64,000 bases of DNA from Isurus oxyrinchus (GCA_026770705.1 JANJGN010000021.1:99076001-99140000), one strand, 5' to 3'. Counted from the first letter of the stretch, positions 12,256-26,025 are shown. Translations and numbers: made by a program. Notes: a model not told the origin generated them from the letters alone.

Positions 12256-12516
12256 ACACTAACTCGCTGACTGTAATATACACGGCAATCTCCGGCATTC
12301 AGGATTTTCCTGAGGTTACCAATGTTGCCCTGGTCAACGGAGTTCAACTAAATTACCACGACACTAATATTAGGCGGATGATCCCCAGGCAGGAGTTCAT
12401 GGCAGAATCTTTCAGTGTGGAATATTGGGAATATCTCACAGGTCTCGGGAATACACGGTCAGACATGGCGAAGGAGAATCTGAACACAATGATGAAAAGC
12501 ACAAACCAGACATCCG
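12256..12516 (+). CDS. MHC class I-like gene A, alpha1 exon
   Basis: 261 nt, tacag/gtgaga; DTNSLTVIYTAISGIQDFPE...EYWE...NQTSG, class I alpha1 pattern with N86 sequon. Confidence 0.92.
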
Positions 12517-12599
12517 GTGAGATCAGTGATGCAGAATTGTCCAGTATCTGCCCTGGGTGTCCAGTTTCCACTGTGCTTTTTCCCTCTGTCCAGAGTGAA

Positions 12600-13565
12600 T
12601 TTTTTTTGTTCATTCCTGGGATGTGGACTTCGCTGGCTAGGTCAGCATTTATTGCCCAACCCTAATCATCCTTGAGAAAGTGGTGGTGAGCTGCCTTCTT
12701 GAATCGCTGCAGTCCATGTGGTGTAGGTACACCCACAGTGCTGTTAGGGAGGGAGTTCCAGGATTTTGACCCAGCGACAGTGAAGGAATGGTGATATATT
12801 TCCAAGTCAGGGTGGTGAGTGATTTGGAGGGGACCTTCCAGGTGGTGGTGTTCCCATGTATCTGCTGCTCTTGTCCTTCTAGGTGGTAGTGGTCGTGAGT
12901 TTGGAAAATGCTGTCTAAGAAACCTTGGTGAATTCCTGCAGTGCATCTTGTAGATGGTACACACTGCTGCTACTGTGCGTTGGTGTTGGAGGGAGTGAAT
13001 GTTTGTGGATGTGGTGCCAAACAAGCGGGCTGCTTTGTCTTGGACGGTGTTAAGCTTGTTGAGTGTTGTGGGAGCTGCACTCATCCAGGCAAGTGGGGAG
13101 TATTCCATCACACTCCTGACTTGTCCCTTGCAGATGGTGGACAGGCTTTGGGGAGTCAGGAGGTGAATTACTCATCGCATGATTCCTGGCATCTGACCTG
13201 CTCTTGAAGCCACAGTATTTATATAGCTAGTCCATTTCAGTTTCTGCTCAATGGTAATCCCCAGGATGTTGATAATGGGGGAATTCAGTGATTGTAATGC
13301 CATTGAATGTCAAGGGGCGATGGTTAGATTCTCTCTTGTTGGAGATGGTCATTGCCTGGCACTTGAGTAGTGTGAATGTTACTTCCACTTGTCAGCCATT
13401 GTCCAGGTCTTGCTGCAATTGGGCATGGACTTCACCAGTATCTGACGTGTTGTGAATGGTGCTGAACATTGTGCAATCATCAGCAAACATCCCCACTTCT
13501 GTCCTTATGATGGAAGGAAGGTCACTGATGAAGCGGCTGAAGATGGTTGGGCCGAGGACATACCC
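12600..13565 (-). mobile_element. HER1-like (CR1-group) LINE 3' fragment
   Basis: MEYSPLAWMSAAPTTLNKL; 3' tail shared with the HE1-type SINE at 32694. Confidence 0.85.
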
Positions 13566-13589
13566 TGACTCTCCCTGTGTGTTCAGGCC

Positions 13590-14910
13590 TCACTCCAAGG
13601 CACAAGCACAAAACTCAGAGCTCGTGCTCCAGCTCACTTCTGAGAGAGGGCCTGCTGTATTGCTGGAGGTGCTGTCTTTGAGGTGAGATGCTGAACTGAT
13701 TTTCTGTCTGTCCTGTCAGCTGCATGTGAACAATCCCAGGGCATTATTTCGAAGAAGAGCATGGGACTTATCCCCGATGTCCTGCTTAACATTTATCACT
13801 AAATCAACATCACAGGAAATCATTGAGCTGTAATGTCTGAGCTCCGGGGTAGTGTAACTAAGGGGGTACCTCAAAGATGAGTTGGGGACCCCTCCCCAGG
13901 AAGTTCCCAGGTAAAGATGGGCAATTGCCCTGCACTGGGAACCATCCGAAAATGTGACTTAAATCACAAACTTTGGATGGTTCCGACTGTCTCACATCAA
14001 TAGTTATCCAGAAAAGGTTAGAAAAATTAAAACCACTCGTAGCTTCTGGGTAACTATATCACTGACCCACCCTTGCCCTCCCACAGCACTTGGCTCACCC
14101 TGCAGACCTCTCACAGGTCCCCACACATTCCCTCCCCCCAACTATCACACCCCAACCTCGCATAGGTCTAGCCTACCCGACACTCCCACAGGACTCCCCC
14201 AAATCCCCCATTAGCCCAACCCCTAACTACCCACCCCACTGCCCACCAACCCTGCCTGGCCTGACCTGAGCCCCCCCCGACACCTCCTCCAAAACAACTC
14301 CCACACCTCGGCCCAACCTGACTCCCATCTGTGGAGAAAAAGTCAGAGTTAACGTTTCGAGTCCATGTGACTCTCCTCCAGAACCATATGGACTCGAAAC
14401 GTTCACTCTGTTTTTCTCTCCACAGATGCTGTCTGACCTGCTTAGTTTTTCCAGCAATTTTTGGTTTAGTTTGTCCAAAACCTGCCCACTTGCCTTATAT
14501 GCTTATCTTCTCCCTGGCTTGTCGAAGAATTTTAAACTTGATGGATCTTATAACTTAGTTGGTTACTGCAGCTAGTGCTGTAAAAAGGGGGTGAGGCTGA
14601 CTTATCTGTCACTGAACTGCCCTCGCTGCAGGCATCAGGAGCTCGCTGGGCAACATGTCTCTCGCCTGGGTTGAGTCCCAATGTTGGACAAGAGAGGAGG
14701 AGCTGGATTTCAAAGTCAATAACTACGATGGGAGTGGCAATCCGACACACCTACCACTCCACCAAAAGTGACAGGCCATAATCTGATTATTATCACATTG
14801 CTGCTCATATGAGTATGCTGGATACAAATTAGCGGCTTCATTTTCGACATTACAACAGTGACTGCTGTAAAATGCTTCAGGAGGTCCTGTGGTCCACAAA
14901 GTTGCTTTTA
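13590..14910 (+). mobile_element. Deu-domain-type SINE (13590-13815, 14778-14910) split by a ~950-bp non-autonomous insertion
   Basis: cccagggcattatttcgaagaagagcatgggact...tcaacatcac, resuming at atctgattattatcacattgctg; family assignment from recalled consensus. Confidence 0.5.
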
Positions 14911-15474
14911 AATATAGGGTTTATTGTATTTCTTTTTCTGTGCCAGGCTGGTAACCAGCTATAGTTATACTGTGGACTGTGACACTGGGTGTACAGTGTG
15001 TGGAGCACTATGAATCTGGGGCCCATGGAGGGTTATTCAGTCCCTCTCCCTATCCTGATTGAGATATTTACAAAGTTGTGTTCACATTGATGGGTTTGTG
15101 ATTGAACAAGTTGAGAATATGGTGAGATGGTTGAGATCATCCAGGAAAGGGCAGCTTGTTGGGGAATTCCTGTCCTCTTGCTGTGTCTCAATGTATCTAC
15201 TCCAGTATTCCAGAATGGACAGTGTGAATCCAGGAGGCAGTGTGAAAGGAGAATGGGAATGTCTGTAATCAATATCTCTGTGAGATAAGGACGTGGAGAT
15301 TATCAAGGACAGAGGCCGTCACTCATGGATGGAGAATGTGAGGTGAACAATCAACAGATATTAACACAACTGAGCATGTGTGTGTAGGGAGGAGGCCTCG
15401 ATGTTGCTGCTCACACAATGAAGAATTCACCATGTCAACTTAGACCATAACTGGACTATCACTAACAGTCCACT

Positions 15475-15592
15475 CACTCTAATCCCCCATTTCTATCTGA
15501 TACTAAATCCCCTTTCCCCTCTGATCAGACTGTGACTCTAATCCCACATTTCTATCTGATACTAGATCCTCTTTCCCCTCTGATCAGACTGT
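15475..15592. repeat. 59-bp repeat (2 units) upstream of the alpha2 exon
   Basis: aatcccccatttctatctgatacta(a/g)atcccctttcccctctgatcagactgtgactct; also at 37735-37940. Confidence 0.85.
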
Positions 15593-15640
15593 TTGTGACA
15601 TTCCATGAAAAATTGATTATTGATCTCTGTTCACTGACAG

Positions 15641-15916
15641 GAATCCACATTTTCCAATGGATAATGAATGTTGAGGTCACTGAAGACGGCTCCATGAAGA
15701 GATCGATGCGAGTTGGATTTGATGGAAACGACTATATTAGTTTAGAGCCAGGCAGAATGAGTTGGGTTGCATCCAATCAGAATGCAGTGAGGATTAAAGA
15801 CAAATGGAATTCAGATGAATCCTGGAATGAATATTGGAAAAAGCATTTGCACCAAGGATTTGTTCAGGATTTAAAAGAATGTTTACAAGCTGGAAAGGAA
15901 TATTTTGAAAGGAAAG
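15641..15916 (+). CDS. MHC class I-like gene A, alpha2 exon
   Basis: 276 nt, gacag/gtattt; GIHIFQW...GFDGNDYISL...W...KDKW...GKEYFERK. Confidence 0.93.
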
Positions 15917-16033
15917 GTATTTTTTTCAGTTTGGTTCCCATGTTCTGATCTAACTTCACTGGTCTACGAAAGCGTTCTCCCATTCCATTCAGTGTCTGTT
16001 TAATGTTTGTGTTTTCACCCTTTCCCATTACAG

Positions 16034-16310
16034 TTCAGCCTGAAGTGTTCATCTCCAGAAGTGACCCCAGTAGTCAGTACAAGCCGCTCACTCTCTCCTG
16101 CCTGGTTACTGGGTTTTATCCTGTAGACATCGAGGTGAGCTGGCTAAGGAATGGAGAGGTAATGTCTGAGACACTATCCTCGGGGGTTCGACCCAACCAC
16201 GATGGGACCCATCAGACCCAGAAAGAGATTGAAATAAATGCTGGGGATGAGGATCAATACTCCTGTCAAATTGAACATAGCAGCCTGGCAGAGAGCAAGC
16301 TCTATCAGTG
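16034..16310 (+). CDS. MHC class I-like gene A, alpha3 (C1-set Ig) exon, last ~2 nt fall in the gap
   Basis: LSCLVTGFYPVDIEVSW...RPNHDGT...YSCQIEHSSL. Confidence 0.95.
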
Positions 16311-16506
16311 NNNNNNNNNNNNNNNNNNNNNNNNNNNNNNNNNNNNNNNNNNNNNNNNNNNNNNNNNNNNNNNNNNNNNNNNNNNNNNNNNNNNNNNNNN
16401 NNNNNNNNNNNNNNNNNNNNNNNNNNNNNNNNNNNNNNNNNNNNNNNNNNNNNNNNNNNNNNNNNNNNNNNNNNNNNNNNNNNNNNNNNNNNNNNNNNNN
16501 NNNNNN
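16311..16506. other. Assembly gap (196 N)
   Basis: Run of n. Confidence 1.
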
Positions 16507-16509
16507 TCA

Positions 16510-17230
16510 TCTGCAGACTAGCAAAATGTACATTGAGAAAATCTTTCACTGACCACACTGAAAGCTAAAGTCTCTACTCATCAGCTTCCACATAGTATTT
16601 GTGGACCAGGCTCTGAATCCCAAAACTAAGATCATGCTTCATCAGACAGCAGTGATCCCTGCACTCCTATATGCTCTAGAGACTTGGACAGCCGACAACA
16701 GGATCCTCAAAATTCTGGAGAAGTATCACCATTGGTTCCCTCACAAGATTCTCCATATCCAGTGGCAAGAATGGCGGAGCAACAACAGTGTGCTCTTCCA
16801 AGCTAACATACACTGGCATCAGAGTGCTAATTGCTCAAAAGCAGTTCCGCTGTGGATGGAGGATCACATGCCAGAGGACAGCAGAAATCCTTGAGTGAAA
16901 TCTTCAAAGCATCCGTGAAGAGGAGAAACATCTCACCGAATCACTGGAGAGCCTCGCTTGTGATCAACTAAAAAAGAGAAGGGTTAATTCAGGAAGGCAC
17001 TGAACACGTTGAGAGACTTTATCAGGAGCAAGCAGAGGCAAAGTCAAGGCATTAGAGAGAGAGAACAAACACCTCTAAACGCTTCATTTACCTGATTGTT
17101 CTTCAAGCACTATCTGTCCCGCATGTGGCAGAGGCTGCGAATCGTACATTGGACTTATCGACCATCTCAGAACCCACTGAACTGGAGTGGAAACAAGTCA
17201 TCCGCGATGCCAAGGGACTGGCTAAGAAGT
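16510..17230 (+). mobile_element. RTE-clade LINE 3' fragment
   Basis: TKIMLHQTAVIPALLYALETWT...ILHIQWQE; terminal CPACGR.C.S.IGL..HLRTH zinc knuckle. Confidence 0.8.
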
Positions 17231-17234
17231 GGAA

Positions 17235-20200
17235 TATAGAAACAGGACTAGGCCATTCAACCACTTGAGTCTACTCCACCATTCATTGGGATTCTGACTG
17301 ATCTGTACCTCAGCTCCATTTACCCAATATTGTTCCATGTCTCTCGCTGCTCTTACCCAACAAAAATCTCCTCATCTCAGTCTCGAAAGTTTCAGTTGAT
17401 CCCCAGCCCCCACAGCCTCTTGCTGGAGAGAGTTCCAGATGTCCACTGCCCTTTTTGTGAAGAATCACTTCCTGATTTCACTTCTAAATGACCTCACTCT
17501 AATTGAAGATGATTCTCTCTTGTTCTGGATTCTATCACCAGAGAAAATAGTTTCTCTCTGTCGACCCTATCATCTCCCTTTATCATTTTAGACATCTCCA
17601 TCAGATCATCCTTCACCCTCTTAAACACAAGAAAATACATGTCAGCTATATAGAACCTGTCCTCATAACTGAACCCTCTGAGCTGTGGGGTCATTCTGCT
17701 GAATTTACACTGTTCCCCCTCTAAGGCCAAGATATCTGATGAGGTTTGGTGTCCAGAACTGAATGTCGTTCTCCAGATGGAGTCTGACCAAAGCTCTGTA
17801 CAACTGAAGCATCATTTCCTCACTTTGTGTTCAAAGCCCCTTGAGATAAAGGACAACAGGCCATTAGCCTTTCTGATTGATTTTTTATAACAGTAAATGC
17901 GCTTTTAGTGATTTGTGTACATGGCCATCCACATCTCTGATTTTTTACAGCTCCTAAACTCTCAACATGAGGAAAATATTCCAAATTATCCCACACTTCC
18001 CCACAGTGGGAAAACTGTGGCAGATGGAATTCACTTATTTAATCTGTCAATGTCCCTTCACTGTGTCTCCTAACTTAGTGGCATCTGTAAACTTGGATAT
18101 ACAACTCTCTGTTCCTGCATCCAAGTCTCCAGCACTGTTTTTTCAGTAATACTAAATTCCTTCAATTCCTCCTTCTCATTAGACCTTCGGTTCCCTAATA
18201 TTTCTGGGAAGTTATTTTTGTCTTCCTCTGTGAAGATAGAACTAAAGTATTTGTTTACTTGTGCTAGCCCCATTTTGGACTGTAAGGGACCTACATTTGT
18301 CTTTACCAATCTTTTTCTTCTGACATATTTCTGGAAACTTTTACAGTCCTCGTTTATGTTCTTTGCAAGCTTACCCTCAAACTCTATTTTTCCCCTTTTA
18401 ATCAATCTCTTGGTCTCCCTTTGCTGAATTCTAAACTGCTCCCAATCCTCAAGCTTGTTACTTTTTCGAGCAACTTTCTATGACTCCTCTTTGGATCTAA
18501 AACTAATCCTAATTTATTTTGTTACCTATGTTTGGGCCATTTTCATGTTGTGTTTTTGTGCCTGAAAGGAATATATAACTCTTGCATTGCAGGCATTCGT
18601 TCCTTCAGTATTAACCATTGCCTATTCACCATCATGCCTTTTAATGAAGTCCCCCAGTCTACCTTAGCCAACTCATGCCCCATTCTTTCATCGTTTCCTT
18701 GTTTAGATTTAGGACCCTAGTTTTGGTTTGGACTACTTCACTTTGCTACCTAAGGAAGAGTTCTATCATGTTATGGTCACTGTTCCCTAGAGGACCCTGC
18801 ACAAGACTATTTACTAACCCCATCTCATTGCAAAACACCAAATCTAGAAGAGCCTGTTCACTAATTGGTTCCTCGACATACTGATCTTAAAAATTATCCT
18901 GTACATACTCAAGGAATTCATCCGCCACAGTATTATTGCTAATTTGGTTTGCCCTGTCTATATGTAGATTAAAGTCACCCATGGTCACTGTAGCACCCTT
19001 GTTACATGCATCTCTAATTTCCTGTATAATACCATCCCCTACCTTACCACTACTGTTTAGAGGCCTATAGACAACTCTCTCTAATATTTTCCACCCCTTG
19101 TTGCTTCTTAGCTCCACCCAGACTGATTCTAACTCTAGGTTTTCTGAGCCAATATCATCTCTCACTATTGCACTGATTTCATCTTTAACTAACAATGCCA
19201 CGCAACCTCCTTATCCTTTTTGCCTGTCCACCCTAAATACCGAGTACCATTGGATATTCAGTTCCCAGCCTTGGCCATCTTGCAGCCATGTCTCCATAAT
19301 TGCAATCATATTGTAACTCTTTACATCTATTTGCGCTGTTAATTCATCTATCTTATTGCAAATGCTCCATGCATTCAGATCCAGAGCCTTTAGACTTGTC
19401 TTTCTACACATCTTTTTGTACTATGGCCCTATTTGCTGCTAGCCCTTGTTCTCTCTGCCTTCCACTTTTACTTTTTATTTTTCTGTCTTTCATTCTATCT
19501 TTACTTCCCTCTCTTGTGTCTCTCACTCAGGTTTCCATCCCCCTGCCAACCTAGTTTAATCCCTCCCTCACAGTACTAGGGAATACCCTGTGAGGATATT
19601 GGTCCCAGTCCTGCTGGGGTGCTAACTGTCCAGCTTGTACAGGTCCCGTCTTCCCTAAATCAGTCCCAATGCCTCAGGAATTTAAATCCCTCCCTCCTAC
19701 ACCATCCTGCCAGCCATGGAATCATCTGATCTATTTTCCTATTCCTGATCTCGCTAGCCCATGGCACTGGGAGTAATCCTGAGATTAATACCTTTGAGTT
19801 CCAGCTTTTTAATTTATTTCCTAGCTCCTTATGTTCTGTTTGCAGGACCTCATCTCTATTTTACCGATGTCATTGGTACCGACATGGACAATGATCTGGC
19901 TATTCATCCTCCCCCTTCAGAAAGTCCTGCAGCTGCCCAGTGACATCCTTCACCCTGGAACCAGGGAGGCAAGAAACCATCCTGGTGTCACATCTGTGGC
20001 CACAGAGACATCTATCTGCTCCCCCTACAATAGAATCCCCGATCACTATTGCTCCCCCACTCTGTTTACTCCCCTGCTGTGCAGCTGAGCCACTCATGGT
20101 GCCACAGACTTGGCTCCTGCTGTATTCCCCTGAGACACCATCTCCTTCCAAAATGGAAAAGCTTTTAGAGAGGGAGATGGACCCAGGGGGCTTCTGCAGT

Positions 20201-20700
20201 ACCTGCCTAGTGACTTTACTCTATCTGGCAGTCACCCATTCCCTTTCTGTCTGTGCACTCTTCACCTGCGGTGTGACCACCTCACTGTTGGGCCATCCAC
20301 GAAGATCTCAGCCCCGCGGATGCTCCACAGTGATCCAGCTGCTGCTCCAGATGTAAAAAGCAGATTACAAGTAGCTGCGCCTGGAGACACTTCTTACACA
20401 TGTGGTCACAATGAAATCTGGAAGTGCCCCTGACTTCCCACATTGTACAGGAGGAGCATTCCATATGACTTAGCTGCCCTGCCATGATTTACCCTTAAAT
20501 TGCTCTCTTCCATATTACTTCCACTAGTTTAGAGAATATTAAGGGCTGTAGAAACACTCACCAAGTCCTATTTACCAAGGTCGCTGCACTTCTGTCTGAG
20601 GAAAGGTTGAAACTGAAAGGATCACCTCATCCCTTCTTCACTAACTCCCTCATTCAGCAAACTCCAACTGAAGCACTCAAATGCAGGCAAAGACAGCACT
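17235..20700 (-). mobile_element. CR1 LINE remnants, including ORF1 (Zn finger + SGNH esterase) and endonuclease
   Basis: CSSCTMWE...CKKC; IVIGDSIV...CLPGSRVKDV; NAWSICNK; MGDFNLHID. Confidence 0.88.
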
Positions 20701-20776
20701 CATTGCAGATGAGGTAGCACTGTAGATGGATCTGGGAACAGAGAGACAATCCTCATGTTATTAAAATGTGTTTCAG

Positions 20777-20893
20777 AAATCCCGGAAAAGAGTGGACAAC
20801 TCCTGCATCCTGGAATTATAACAGGATTAGTGAGCGCTGGAATTTTTATACTCGGGATAATTGGAGTGTTCATTTGCAAAAGACATCGGAGAG
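20777..20893 (+). CDS. MHC class I-like gene A, TM exon (EIPEKSGQLLHPGIITGLVSAGIFILGIIGVFICKRHRR)
   Basis: 117 nt, tttcag/gtaag, phase 1-1; linkage to alpha3 crosses the N gap. Confidence 0.85.
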
Positions 20894-20904
20894 GTAAGAA
20901 TCCA

Positions 20905-21508
20905 AGAGAGGGGAATGTAGATCTGAGGGGACAGAGTGTGTGTGGAGAATCTCCAGTACTGGGAGTACAGGACACTGAGAGGGGAGAGTGAGAGAGAGGG
21001 GAATGTGGAACTGAGGGGACAGAGTGAGTGTGGGGGAATCTCCAGTACTGGGAGTACAGGACACTGAGAGGGGAGAGTGAGAGAGAGGGGAATGTGGAAC
21101 TGAGGGGACAGAGTGAGTGTGGGGGAATCTCCAGTAGTGGGAGTACAGGACACTGAGAGGGGAGAGTGAGAGAGAGGGGAATGTGGAACTGAGGGGACAG
21201 AGTGAGTTTGGGGGAACCTCCAGTACTGGGAGTACAGGACACTGAGAGGGGAGAGTGAGAGAGATGGGAATGTAGAACTGAGGGGACAGAGTGAGTGTGG
21301 GGGAATCTCCAGTACTGGGAGTGCAGGACACTGAGAGGGGAGAGTGAGAGAGAGGGGAATGTGGAACTGAGGGGACAGAGTGAGTGTGGGGGAATCTCCA
21401 GTACTGGGAGTACAGGACACTGAGAGGGGAGAGTGAGAGAGAGGGGAATGTGGAACTGAGGGGACAGAGTGAGTGTGGGGGAACCTCCAGTACTGGGAGT
21501 ACAGGACA
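20905..21508. repeat. 60-bp minisatellite (~10 units), TM-cytoplasmic intron of A
   Basis: Reverse complement of the unit at 6838. Confidence 0.95.
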
Positions 21509-21834
21509 CTGTGTTGAACGGAACTGATTTAATTCCCACACACAGATACACACATATAAACACGTCTTGTTCCCTGTCTGACCTTCCTTTGTCTGATCGG
21601 CCCAGACCAGGTCTAATATTGATCATTAAACCCACCACACACACTCACATCCTCACCTACTGAATATCGATGGAATGGAAGAGATCGACAGGATCTCCAT
21701 AAAGTGTAAGGATGGAGGGGAGTGTGGGAATGAGTATTTCTTACACAATCTCCATTCCCTCACACTTGTTGTGTTCTCACTCTCTGATAATGGATTATTC
21801 CCCATTCTAACTGACATTTATTTTGCTTCTGCAG

Positions 21835-21867
21835 ATTCACCAAGTGTGACCTACACAACAGCTCAGA
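21835..21867 (+). CDS. Gene A cytoplasmic exon (DSPSVTYTTAQ)
   Basis: 33 nt, ctgcag/gtaagt. Confidence 0.85.
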
Positions 21868-22579
21868 GTAAGTGACTGAGGGACAGATTGTTGGGAATGA
21901 AATAGGAGGGATTGAAAGTTGTAGAATTACATCCTCCTGGGAGTAACTCAGGGTTGCATATGAGGGAACCTGACCCTCCTCTCCCTCACCCTCAACACCC
22001 TCACACCCTGCTCCCTCACAGCCCACTCCCTCACCCTCCACTCCTTCACCCTCCTCTCACTCTTCACTCCCTCAACTCCACTTGCTGATCGCTCCGCTCC
22101 CTCAGCCACCCATCACCCTCCAAACCTCACCCTCACTCACTCAGCTTCAGTCCCCTACCCTGCGCTCCTTCACCCTGCACTCCCGCACCCTCCAATCCCT
22201 CATCCTCCACTCCTTCACCCTCCACCCTATCTATAGGCACACAGTCTCCATTCCCTCACGCTGTATTCCCTCATCCTTCATTGCCTCACCCTCCACTTCC
22301 TGACCCTTCTATTTCCTCAGCCGCCAATCACTCACCCTTCACACCTCACCCTCCATTCACTCACCCTTCACACCTCACCCTCCACTCACTCACTCTCCAC
22401 TCACTCACCCTCCATTCCCTCACCTTCCATCCCCCCACCAACATCTCCCTCACCATCCCATCTCTCACCATCAACTCATTCAGCCAGACTCTCACCCTCT
22501 ACTCCCTCAACCTGCATTCTCTCTCCCTTCACTACCTCACCCTCCACTTTCTGATACCTCCACTCCCTCAGACTCCACT

Positions 22580-25500
22580 AATTTGAACAGTTAGGAGCTA
22601 AATTAAAAAGCAGAACTTCCAAGGTAATAATCCCGGGATTACTACCTGAGCCACAGGCAAACTGGCATAAGGTAAATAAAGTCAAGGAGTTAAATGCGTA
22701 GCTCAGAGATTGGTGTGGGAGGAATGGGTTTCAGTTCATGGGGCACTGGCACCAGAACTGGGGTAGAAAGTAGCTGTTCCAGTGGGATCGGCTTCACTTG
22801 AACCGTGCTGGGGCCAGTGTCCTGGCGAATCGAATAACTCGGGCTGTAGAGAGGACTTTAAACTAATTAGAGGGGGGAGGGTTCTGAAAAGGGGATACGT
22901 AGGCTTACAAAGTAAATCAATATGGCAGCTTTGCAGGGCAGCTATTTAGGTAATGATACCCAGAGTGTGACAGGAAGGGACAGAGGGTACAAACATTAAA
23001 AAAATGCAGCAAATAGCGTCAAAGGGGGAAAAAAATGTAAACAGGCAAAATTAATGGCTCTTTACTTAAATGCACATAGTATTCAGAACAAAATAAATGA
23101 ATTAACAGCAGAATTAGAGGTTAGAAAAATAGAATCTAGGAGCAGGAGTGGGCCATTCGGTCCTTCAAGCCTGCTACGACATTCATCATGATCATGGCTG
23201 ATCATCCAACTCAATAGCCTGCTCCCGCTTTCTCCCCATATCCTTTGATCCCTTAAGGTTAATGGGTATGATCTTATAGCCGTTATGGAGACGTGGTTAT
23301 AAGGAGTTCAAAGCTGGGAAATAAATATTCAGGGGTATGTGACTTTTTGAAAGGACAGGCAGGAAGGAAAGGGTGGTGGAGTATCTTGTTAGGACAAGAT
23401 GGAATAAGTATGATAGCAAGAAAGGATCTTGGATCGAAAGATGTAGAATCCATATGGGTGGAGGTAAGAAATAGTAAGGGGAAGAAGACTCTGGTGGGAG
23501 TAGTCTACATGCCCCCTGACAGTAGCTGTACTATAGGACAGAAAATGAATCAGGAAATAATGAGGGTATGTAAAAAAGGTAGTATATTAATCATAGGCAA
23601 CTTTCATCTCCATATTGATTGGAAAAATCAAATAGACAGAGGTAGCCACGAGCAAGAGTTCATAAAGTGTATTCTGGACAGTTTCCTCGAAGAATATGTT
23701 GTGAATCCAAACAGGGATCAGGCTATTTTGGATCCGGTATTCTGAACGAAGCATGTTTAATAAATGACCTCAGAGTCAAAGATTCCATAGGAAACAATGA
23801 CATAACATGGTGGAATTTAGCATTCAGTTTGAGAGTGAGAAACTTAGTTTGGAAATATCTTTACTAAACTTAAATAAGGATAATTACAAGGAAATGCGGG
23901 CAGAGTTGGCTGGAGTGAACTGGAAAAAGAGTTTAGCAGAAAAGACGGTTGGTGAACAATGGCAGACGTTTAAGAAAATAGTTCATGACTCACAACAAAG
24001 ATATACTCCAGTGAGGAAGAAGGATTGTAGGAGGGGGATAAACCAACCATGGTTAATCAAAGAAGCTAAGGATAGTATCAAAATGAAAGATAAAGCATAA
24101 AATGTGGCAAAGATTAGTGGTAAGCCAGATTGGAAAAGTTTTAAAAACCAATAGAAGATGACAAAAAAAATAAAGAGAGAGAAAATAAACTTTGAGGGTA
24201 AACTAGTAAATAATATAAAAACTGACAGGAAGAGATTCTTTAAATATATAAAAAGGAAGAGAGAGGCCAAGTGAACATAGGCTCCTTAGAGAATGAGACT
24301 GGGGAAATAATATTGGGGAACCAAGAAATGGCAGAGGGGTTGAATAAATACTTTGCATCAGTCTTTACAGTAGAAGACACTAATAACATTCCAAAATACT
24401 AAATAATCAAGGGGCAAAAGGTGGGAGGAAATAAATACAATAACTATCACTAGAGAAAAAGTACTAGAGAAATTAATCGGGCTAAAAGCCGATAAATCAC
24501 CTGGATCTGATGGGCTGCATCCTAGGATATTAAAGGAAATAGCTGCAGAGATAGTGGATGCACTGGTAGTAATCGTCCAAGAATCCTTAGATTCTGGATA
24601 AGTCCTAGAGGATTGGGACATGGAACACCCTTATTCAAAAAGGGAGGTAGACAAACAACAGCAAACAATAGGCCAGTTAGCTTAACATCTGTCATTAGGA
24701 AAATGTAGGAGTCAAATATAAAGGATGTTGTAGCAGAGCATTTAGAAATACATAATCTAATCAAGCAGAGTAAGCATGGCTTCATGAAGGGGAAATCATA
24801 CCTGATAAATTTATTAGAATTCTTTGAGGAGACAGCAGATGTGATATATGTGGATTTCCAAAAGGCATTTGATAAGGTACTACACATAAGGCTACTTAAT
24901 AAGGTAAGAGCCCATGGTGTTGGGGTAGTATATTAGCATGGGTAGAGGATTGGGTAACTAATGGAAGACAGAGAGTTGGGATATGGGGTACATTTTCAGG
25001 ATGGGAACCTGTAATCAGTGGAGTGCCTCAGGTGTCAGTGCTGGCGCCACAATTATTTACAATATTTATTAATGAATTGGGTGAGGGAAGTGAATGTACT
25101 ATCGCCAAGTTTGCAGATGACACAAAATAGGTGGGAAGGCAAGTGATGAGGATGACACAAGGAGTCTACAGAGGGATGTAAACAGGTTAAGTGAGTGGGC
25201 AAAAATTTTGCAGATGGAAGTTTATGTGGGAAAGTTTGAGGTTATGCACTTTGGCAGAAGGAATAGAGAAGCTGTTTATTATCTAAATGGAGAAAGACTG
25301 CAGAAAGCTGCAGCACATTGGGACTGGGGTCCTCGTGCATGAATCCCAAAAAGCTAGCATACAAGTTCAACAGATCATAGGGAAGGCAAATGAAATTTTG
25401 GCCTTTATATCAAAGAGAATGGAGTATAAAAATAGGGAAGCCCTGCTAAAACTATACAAGGCACTAGTTAGACCACACCTAGAATATTGTGAACAGTTTT

Positions 25501-26025
25501 GGTCTCCTTATCTAAGGAAAGATATACTGGCATTGGAGGCAGTCCAGAGAAAGTTCATTAGGTTGATCCCGGGTATGGGTGGGTTTTCTTTTGAGGAGAG
25601 ATTGAATAGGTTGGCCCAGTACTCATTGGAGTTTAGGAGAATGAGAGGCGACCTTATTGGAACATATAAGATTCTTACAGGCTTGACAGGATAGGTGCTG
25701 AGAGGCTGTTTCCCCTTGTGGGAGAGTCTAGGACCAGAGGGCATAATCTAAGAGTAAGAGGTCACCTATTTAAAACAGAGATGAGGAGGAATTTCTTCTC
25801 TCAGAGGGTAGTCAATCTGTGGAATTCTTTACCACAGAGGGCTGTAGAGGCTGGGCTGTTAAGTATATTCAAGACTAAAATAGACAGATTTTTAATCAGT
25901 CAGGGAACCAAGGGTTATGGGGAAAAGACGAGAAAGTGGAGTTCAGGATTATCAGATCAGCCATGATCTCATTGAATGGTGGAACAGACTCGATGGGCCG
26001 AGTAGCCTGCTTCTATATCTTATGG
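22580..26025 (+). mobile_element. CR1 LINE (end of ORF1 + decayed ORF2), with a short inverted CR1-tail insertion at ~23125-23255
   Basis: ESIWVEVRNSKG, IGNFHLHIDW, LVRPHLEYC.QFWSP, RMRGDLI motifs. Confidence 0.92.

Noticed and set aside
12256-16310. Assigning a lineage symbol (UAA, UBA, UCA, UEA, CD1, MR1)
   Set aside because: Loss of anchor residues excludes classical UAA, but the specific lineage cannot be fixed without phylogeny
20700-21644. 314-, 227- and 197-aa ORFs (also 3-330 and 6788-7237)
   Set aside because: Stop-free frames of the 60-bp intronic minisatellite; no evidence of coding function
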